From IMG/VR virus record IMGVR_UViG_3300027413_000025: a stretch of 29,059 bases of DNA; one strand, given 5' to 3'. Positions 23,643 to 29,059 of the stretch are shown in pieces. The DNA is from a virus. Both the position numbers and the translations under genes were made by a program. The first letter of the stretch is position 1. Every line of letters starts with the position of its first letter. The notes below the pieces were generated by a model. The model did no database searches, was not told the DNA's origin, and saw only the letters and a program-made list of their open reading frames with translations.

Positions 23643-23647
23643 AAAAA

Positions 23648-23890
23648 ATGAAATATAATTCAATATATTTTGACGAAATTAATCAAAAGGTCCGTTGGAC
23701 TAAAGATCTTAAAAAAACAAAAAATAAATATAATTATATCGGCGAAGCAACGCGAGTTGAATTTGATCTTTTAATTGAATTACTTTGGTATAAATACGAG
23801 GACGAAAATATTCCTTTATTAGAATTCAAGTCGGTTTTTGACGAATTAAGAATTTTTTGCGACAAAATAAAAAACAATTACAATATTTAA
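23648..23890 (+). CDS. Hypothetical protein (80 aa)
   Basis: Clean ORF in the operon; no motif. Confidence 0.55.
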   Translation: MKYNSIYFDEINQKVRWTKDLKKTKNKYNYIGEATRVEFDLLIELLWYKYEDENIPLLEFKSVFDELRIFCDKIKNNYNI

Positions 23891-23892
23891 TT

Positions 23893-23984
23893 TATTTTTG
23901 ATCATTGCGTCGCGGCAATAAATAAGATTAAAAATTCTCCATTAATGAAGCGACCGCGACCGCCAAATTTTTGGGGTTTTTTTT
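23893..23984 (+). other. GC-rich inverted repeat in an AT-rich intergenic region: a candidate origin element, attenuator or small RNA
   Basis: -7 box TATTTTTG at 23893-23900. GTCGCGG (23909-23915) pairs with CCGCGAC (23954-23960) around a 38-nt AT-rich loop. Tandem CGACCG x2 at 23951-23962, then a T-run at 23977-23985. Confidence 0.4.
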
Positions 23985-24002
23985 TCAACAAAACAAAACA
24001 AA

Positions 24003-24908
24003 ATGAAAGTCAATAAAATTTATAAACCAAAAAAGTTTTCGAGATTTACAATAATTCCGAATTCAATATTTAGAAACAAAGGAATTTCAGCAGCCGCAAC
24101 CGGACTTTATTGTTGGCTTTTTTCACATACCGACGACGCGGAAATTTGTATCAAATTCATTTGCGGCCATTTTAAGGAGGGAAAAGACGCAATTAATAAA
24201 AGGATCAAGGAATTGTCAGATCTTGGATATTTGGATCGCCAGGAGGTCCGAAACAAGGGAAAATTTGCCGGTTACAATTATTATTTAAGCACAAAACCAA
24301 GTTTAACCGCAACCGGAAAAACCGCAGCCGCAAAAACCGCGACGGAAAAACCGGCGCCGGTAAATCCGCAACAAAGTAATACTATTAATAAAGAAATAAT
24401 AAAAGAAGTAAAAGACAATAAAACAAAATCGCCAATTTATAATGATAATTTAAAAAAGGCGTTTCCGTTTTTTGTCGATTTATTTCCAAAACAATATCAA
24501 CCAAAAACAAAAAATCAAATTAACAAATGGATTGATTGTCTTGATAAAATTGAAAGACTTGATAAATATAATTTAAAGGATGTTTATATTGTTTCAAAGA
24601 ATTTAAGAAATGATCAGTTTTGGCAAAAGAATTTTTTATCAATTTTAAAATTTAGGAATATAGATAAAAACGGGATTAAATACATTGATCGTTTTATGCT
24701 TGATCATAAATCAAAACAAAAACCGATTGCATTTGAAAAGATTAAAAACTTGGTTGATTTTTTTGTTTATAGAAGTCCAACAACGGGCGAAAAAGAAATC
24801 GGAGCAAATACAAAATCCGGAAAAATTCATGAGTTTAATATTAAACAAACATTGCAATCAAATGAATTTGACGAATTAAAAAATTGGATCTTAAATGGAA
24901 ATAAATAA
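24003..24908 (+). CDS. Replication initiator-like protein (N-terminal winged-helix/HTH_36-like domain)
   Basis: FTIIPNSIFRNKGISAAATGLYCWLFSH...INKRIKELSDLGYLDRQEVRNKGKFAGYNYYL. Confidence 0.55.
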   Translation: MKVNKIYKPKKFSRFTIIPNSIFRNKGISAAATGLYCWLFSHTDDAEICIKFICGHFKEGKDAINKRIKELSDLGYLDRQEVRNKGKFAGYNYYLSTKPSLTATGKTAAAKTATEKPAPVNPQQSNTINKEIIKEVKDNKTKSPIYNDNLKKAFPFFVDLFPKQYQPKTKNQINKWIDCLDKIERLDKYNLKDVYIVSKNLRNDQFWQKNFLSILKFRNIDKNGIKYIDRFMLDHKSKQKPIAFEKIKNLVDFFVYRSPTTGEKEIGANTKSGKIHEFNIKQTLQSNEFDELKNWILNGNK

Positions 24909-25404
24909 AAATTATTATTTAAACAAAACGGAACAAGAAATTGTCAAGATCATTTCACAAATGAGACAAGATAACAAAGTCAAAACCGGTTGGAATGGTC
25001 ATGGTTGTTTGACTGAAAATGGCTTTAAAAGAAATTTGATCGGTTTTGGCGCCGAATTCATATTCGCCAGGGAGCAAAATTTATTTCTTGATATTGAAAT
25101 TAAAAATACATCAAAGAAAAAAAAGACCGACAATTTCGATTGTAATTTTAAAGGAATGTCCGTTGACGTAAAAGCAGCAACAAGGGATCGTCAATTAATG
25201 ATCCAAAAAACAAACGTTTCAAGCGTTGATTGTTTTGCTTTTTTCATTTGTGAAAAGTTTCCAAAATACAAATTTAAAGGATATGCAACCAATTACATGA
25301 TCTTTAAAGAATCAAATATTAAAAAAACAAAGGTTTTGTCATATTGCATCGATCAAAATAATTTATTAAATGACGAACAATTGATTTTCTTAAAAAATAT
25401 TTAA
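24895..25404 (+). CDS. Hypothetical protein, possibly with a restriction-endonuclease-like fold
   Basis: GFGAEFIFARE ... D ... VDVKA could be an E...D...(D/E)xK arrangement. Weak. Confidence 0.3.
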   Translation: MEINKNYYLNKTEQEIVKIISQMRQDNKVKTGWNGHGCLTENGFKRNLIGFGAEFIFAREQNLFLDIEIKNTSKKKKTDNFDCNFKGMSVDVKAATRDRQLMIQKTNVSSVDCFAFFICEKFPKYKFKGYATNYMIFKESNIKKTKVLSYCIDQNNLLNDEQLIFLKNI

Positions 25405-25427
25405 AAAATTTTTTTACATTTACGAAT

Positions 25428-25452
25428 CAAAACAAAACAAAACAAAACAAAA
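25428..25452 (+). repeat. (CAAAA)x5 leader running into the primase-helicase ATG
   Basis: Read directly from tCAAAACAAAACAAAACAAAACAAAatg. A shorter copy lies at 23989..24003 before the initiator gene. Confidence 0.85.
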
Positions 25453-27125
25453 TGAAAACTTTTAACGATTTCGGAATTGACGTTGGAAATAAGTCAACCG
25501 GAAAAATCAAAACAAAATGTCCAAAATGCAGCCATACAAGAAAAAACAAACGTGACAAATGTTTGTCCGTTGATCTTGATCAAGGTTTGTTCAATTGTCA
25601 CAATTGCGGATTTAGTGGAACAACAAAATTTCAAGTCAAGCCGGAATTTATTAAACCGGTTGAAATAAAAATTAATTTATCCGAAAAAATAATTAATTGG
25701 TTTTCCAAAAGAGGGATTTCAAAATCAACTTTAATCAATTGGAAAATTGGCGAATCAATTGAATATTTTCCGCAAGTCCAGGAAAAAAGAAATTGTATAA
25801 ATTTTAATTATTATAGAGACAACAAATTGATTAATGTAAAATATCGAGACGGACAAAAAAATTTCAAAATGGTTTCGGGAGCGGAGTTGATTTTTTATGG
25901 AATTGACAATGTTAAAGCAATGGACAAGGTTTTTATTGTAGAGGGCGAAATGGATGCTTTGTCTTTGCATGAGTCCGGAATTTATTCGGTTTGTTCGGTC
26001 CCAAATGGAGCATCAAAAGGAAATCAAAGACTTGAATATCTTGACAATTGTTTTGAATATTTTAAAAATAAAAAAGAAATAATTCTTTGCACAGACAACG
26101 ATTCTCCAGGAATTGCGCTCCGAAATGAATTGGCAAGACGATTTGGATCCTATCGTTGCAAATACGTTGATTTCGGCGATTATAAAGATCCGAACGAGGT
26201 TTTGATTAATCTTGGTCCGGAAAAGTTAAGAGACGTTTTAAAATCGGCCAAAAATTTTCCAATGGAGGGCGTTTTGAGCGTCAATGATATTTGGAACGAT
26301 GTTTTGTCTTATAATGAAAACGGCGTTAAAAATTACTCAATTGGTTTGCCGAATTCCGATAGTTTTTTCAAAATGGAATTGGGACAATGGTCCGTCGTTA
26401 GTGGAATTCCAAATTCGGGAAAATCGGACGTCATGGATCAAATATGTTGCAACCTGGCGACGCGGTACGATATGCGTTGCGCAATGTTTGCTCCGGAGTC
26501 GTTTCCATACGAGGGCCACATTAAAAGAATTGCAAATAAATTAAATGAAACAAATTGTAAAAACGATCAATTAAACCAAACAAAAGATTTCATTCAAGAT
26601 CATTTTTATTGGATAAAAATTGACTTGGAAAATTTAACGTTAAACGGAATATTAAACGCCTTTAAAGAATTAGTATTTCAAAAGGGAATTAATGTTTGCG
26701 TCATTGATCCTTGGAATATGCTTGATCATTCAGCGCAAAGAGATCATTCTTATATCGGAAAAGCGTTGTCACTAATTACACAATTTTGTCAGCAAACAAA
26801 TACACATTTATTTTTAATTGCACATCCAAGAAAAATCGAATCGGAAAACGGATCTTATAAAAAGCCGACATTGTACGACATAAGCGGATCCGCGGATTTT
26901 TTTAATAAAGCATACAACGGATTAATTGTTTATCGTTGTATCGGTCAAAAAACAAAATTCGATTCGGACATTGTTAAAATTTATGTTGAAAAGGTAAAAC
27001 GAAAAGAAAATGGACAACTTGGCGAATTTGACATTGCTCCGGATTTTACAAATGGCGGCGTTTATAAAGACATCGAATTGGCGACGTCAAATTTAAAAGT
27101 TTATAAAGATCAAGTTCCTTTTTAA
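25452..27125 (+). CDS. Bifunctional primase-helicase (T7 gp4/Twinkle-like: zinc finger + Toprim + DnaB/RecA-like helicase)
   Basis: CPKCSH..CHNCGF, Toprim IVEGEMDALSL and CTDNDSPG, Walker A GIPNSGKSD, Walker B-like CVIDPWN, LIAHPRK. Confidence 0.85.
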   Translation: MKTFNDFGIDVGNKSTGKIKTKCPKCSHTRKNKRDKCLSVDLDQGLFNCHNCGFSGTTKFQVKPEFIKPVEIKINLSEKIINWFSKRGISKSTLINWKIGESIEYFPQVQEKRNCINFNYYRDNKLINVKYRDGQKNFKMVSGAELIFYGIDNVKAMDKVFIVEGEMDALSLHESGIYSVCSVPNGASKGNQRLEYLDNCFEYFKNKKEIILCTDNDSPGIALRNELARRFGSYRCKYVDFGDYKDPNEVLINLGPEKLRDVLKSAKNFPMEGVLSVNDIWNDVLSYNENGVKNYSIGLPNSDSFFKMELGQWSVVSGIPNSGKSDVMDQICCNLATRYDMRCAMFAPESFPYEGHIKRIANKLNETNCKNDQLNQTKDFIQDHFYWIKIDLENLTLNGILNAFKELVFQKGINVCVIDPWNMLDHSAQRDHSYIGKALSLITQFCQQTNTHLFLIAHPRKIESENGSYKKPTLYDISGSADFFNKAYNGLIVYRCIGQKTKFDSDIVKIYVEKVKRKENGQLGEFDIAPDFTNGGVYKDIELATSNLKVYKDQVPF

Positions 27126-27126
27126 T

Positions 27127-27360
27127 ATGGCAAAAAAGAAAAAATTATTGTTTCCAACGGATCGTCATTATAAGGCGATTCAATGGTGCATTAATAACAA
27201 CATAAAAGTTGCAGTACATCCAACGAGGGCCGGTTTAAAAGTAGTTATTGACGAAAACGGACTGAAATCAATGTCTCCGGGGACTTACTCGAACAATGAA
27301 GCCAACGACAAAGTTTGGGAATTATATTTGTATCTTTACGACAAATATTGGAAAGTATGA
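27127..27360 (+). CDS. Hypothetical protein (77 aa)
   Basis: Clean ORF, 1 nt after the primase-helicase stop. Confidence 0.55.
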   Translation: MAKKKKLLFPTDRHYKAIQWCINNNIKVAVHPTRAGLKVVIDENGLKSMSPGTYSNNEANDKVWELYLYLYDKYWKV

Positions 27361-27551
27361 GATTAAATTTTAACACGTCAATTTATAATATTATCGGAGT
27401 AGTTTTTGGAATAAATTATTGGTCGTCATCAATGGACGATGAATTTTTAAACGAGGCAACAATTTCCGGCGAAGTTGAACACGAATTGCAATTCTTTTTA
27501 TTAGTTGTTGGTTTTTCTTTTACATGGTACACTTTAAAGGAAAATGACTAA
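27357..27551 (+). CDS. Hypothetical small protein (64 aa) with a hydrophobic N-terminal segment
   Basis: ATGA overlap with the upstream stop. The track TTG start at 27315 is less likely. Confidence 0.45.
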   Translation: MRLNFNTSIYNIIGVVFGINYWSSSMDDEFLNEATISGEVEHELQFFLLVVGFSFTWYTLKEND

Positions 27552-27984
27552 TTGGATTAATATAAAATTAATTAAAGAAACTCCGGGAAATCCGAGGTTT
27601 ATTTCAGATCCTAAATTCAAAAAATTAATAAAATCAATCAAAGATTTTCCCAAAATGTTGGAAATCCGTCCGATTGTTGTTGACGAAAATATGGTTATTT
27701 TAGGCGGAAACATGCGTTTAAAAGCATGTAAAGCGGCCGGAATGTTTGAAGTTCCAATTCAAATTGAAAAGGGATTGTCGGAATCTGAAAAAAAAGAATT
27801 TATAATTAAAGACAATTCGGGGTTTGGCGCTTGGGATTGGGACATCCTGGCGAATGAATGGGACGCAAAAGATCTTGTTGATTGGGGGGTTGACATTCCG
27901 TCTTTTGATATTGATCAAGACGATCAAGACGAAAACGAAACAAAAACAGACGATTCGGATCTTTGCGAATTATGCGGAAAATAA
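27544..27984 (+). CDS. Stand-alone ParB-like nuclease (ParB N-terminal) domain protein
   Basis: PGNPRFI, RPIVVDENMVILGGNMRLKACKAAG. Acidic C-terminus ending in CELCGK. Confidence 0.65.
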   Translation: MTNWINIKLIKETPGNPRFISDPKFKKLIKSIKDFPKMLEIRPIVVDENMVILGGNMRLKACKAAGMFEVPIQIEKGLSESEKKEFIIKDNSGFGAWDWDILANEWDAKDLVDWGVDIPSFDIDQDDQDENETKTDDSDLCELCGK

Positions 27985-28035
27985 TATTTTTTAAAAAATT
28001 CTTTTAATTTTATGTTGTAATTGAAAAAATTCTTT

Positions 28036-28043
28036 TATATTTG
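28036..28043 (+). promoter_or_regulatory. -7 box TATATTTG
   Basis: TAnnTTTG match. It lies inside the track ORF's N-terminus, which argues for a downstream start. Confidence 0.45.
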
Positions 28044-28053
28044 TCTTGTTGCA

Positions 28054-28869
28054 ATGAAGCAACGATCAAATATTTACAACATGAAAAACACAAAACAAAT
28101 CATCGAAACAACGTCAAACCAGGTATTAAAAGCGGTTTTGACTTTAATGCACGATCAAATTATTGCAAGAAAAAACGAAACAATTGCATTTGAGGAAAAG
28201 ATCACAAAAAGAAAAGTTTCTGAATTTGGAAAAGAAATAATTGAATTATCATTGATTCATGATCTTTGCAAATCTGTAATTGTTTATACAAATGACAATG
28301 ACGTTGTTAAAGAATTCACATCGGGAATTTCAGCAAAAGGAAATTTTGAAATTTACGGAACAATCACAAGAGACGGACAAGATTATTCATTTTCAACGGA
28401 AGCAATATTTGCCGGAGGTTATAATATTCAACGTTTACATATTCGATACATAACAAAAACAAAATTGCCAAAAGCAAAGAATCTTTTAATTGCTGCACAA
28501 ATTAAAACGGAATTAAAAAGATTAAACAAGATCCAAAGAATTGAAAAGGAAATTGAAAGATTAGAATTGCAAATTAATAAATACAACGATCAAATTGCAG
28601 TTTATTCAAATTATACGGAACAACAATGGGTTGATTTTTGTAATTCAAAAAGAGATCATAAACTAATTACAAACCGATTCACAAAAGAAACATTCGAGCC
28701 GTTTAATTCATTTAAAACATTTCAAGAATATTCAAATTTTGTAATTGAAGCAAATGAATCGACAATCGGTTACGCAAAAAAACATTTTATTGAATGGCCA
28801 AAAACATGGATGTCAAGAAGCAAAGAAAGTTTGATCAAAGAAAATAAAAAATTAAAATTAGCAATATAA
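28054..28869 (+). CDS. Hypothetical protein (271 aa, central coiled coil) in a monocistronic cassette
   Basis: Own promoter and terminator. Start at ATG 28054 (or 28081). No motif recognised. Confidence 0.6.
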   Translation: MKQRSNIYNMKNTKQIIETTSNQVLKAVLTLMHDQIIARKNETIAFEEKITKRKVSEFGKEIIELSLIHDLCKSVIVYTNDNDVVKEFTSGISAKGNFEIYGTITRDGQDYSFSTEAIFAGGYNIQRLHIRYITKTKLPKAKNLLIAAQIKTELKRLNKIQRIEKEIERLELQINKYNDQIAVYSNYTEQQWVDFCNSKRDHKLITNRFTKETFEPFNSFKTFQEYSNFVIEANESTIGYAKKHFIEWPKTWMSRSKESLIKENKKLKLAI

Positions 28870-28874
28870 ACCAC

Positions 28875-28899
28875 AAGGCGGCGTAAAAACCGCCTTTTT
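28875..28899 (+). terminator. Rho-independent terminator
   Basis: AAGGCGG (28875-28881) pairs with CCGCCTT (28890-28896), followed by Ts. Confidence 0.7.
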
Positions 28900-28912
28900 A
28901 AACACTTTTATA

Positions 28913-29032
28913 ATGAATAAGATAATAAACATGATCCTAAAGTTAAAGTCCATTAAACCGCAATCAAAACGCTTGAAACTAAAGATCCAAAGACTACAAC
29001 AACAACTTAATTCCGAAACCGCTAATCAATAG
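28913..29032 (+). CDS. Micro-ORF, 39 aa, basic, crossing the circular junction (ends at position 72 in start-of-window coordinates)
   Basis: Hand translation: MNKIINMILKLKSIKPQSKRLKLKIQRLQQQLNSETANQ. Its stop sits in the terminator stem. Confidence 0.3.
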   Translation: MNKIINMILKLKSIKPQSKRLKLKIQRLQQQLNSETANQ

Positions 29033-29059
29033 CGGTTTTTTTTTGTCATTTATTTTTTT
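28961..29059. repeat. Second copy of the 99-bp terminal repeat
   Basis: Identical to 1..99. Confidence 0.95.

Noticed and set aside
1-29059. CRISPR array, tRNA genes, integrase/repressor lysogeny module, transposase or IS elements
   Set aside because: No regularly spaced repeats of three or more units were seen. No cloverleaf candidates, tyrosine/serine recombinase motifs or divergently transcribed regulator pair were found either. All genes are co-oriented.

Overview
The window is a complete, circularly closed tailed-phage genome. Bases 1..99 are identical to 28961..29059, so the unique length is about 28,960 bp. Every convincing gene is on the + strand. The DNA is AT-rich, genes lack Shine-Dalgarno sites, and operons are preceded by Bacteroidota-type -7 boxes (TAnnTTTG), so a Bacteroidota (probably Flavobacteriia-like) host is inferred. 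Gene order is: terS, terL, portal, MuF-like head protein, HK97-type prohead protease and major capsid protein. Then comes a ~2 kb accessory island (7073..9132), followed by head-tail connector genes and a lysis cassette plus a 450-aa orphan protein. After these come the major tail protein, a tail chaperone with a -1 frameshift, the tape measure and one 777-aa tail-tip protein. A replication/recombination module follows (Rad52-like annealase, mini-SSB, RecE-like exonuclease, DnaA-C-like HTH, VRR-NUC, replication initiator, T7 gp4-like primase-helicase, ParB-like nuclease domain). No integrase or repressor module, tRNA or CRISPR array was seen. The best candidate for something undescribed is the accessory island between the capsid and connector genes. 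It holds two tandem, promoter-driven, ORF-less and highly base-paired transcription units (about 7160..7280 and 7333..7552), an orphan 135-aa gene, three micro-ORFs and a free-standing small PD-(D/E)xK nuclease. Each cassette is bracketed by near-duplicate terminators. Other points worth a second look are a MuF head protein fused to an HExxH metallopeptidase-like domain, strong GATC/GGATCC over-representation, and a phage-specific TTTGTATnTTTG promoter word. All product calls rest on motif recognition by eye; no searches were run.
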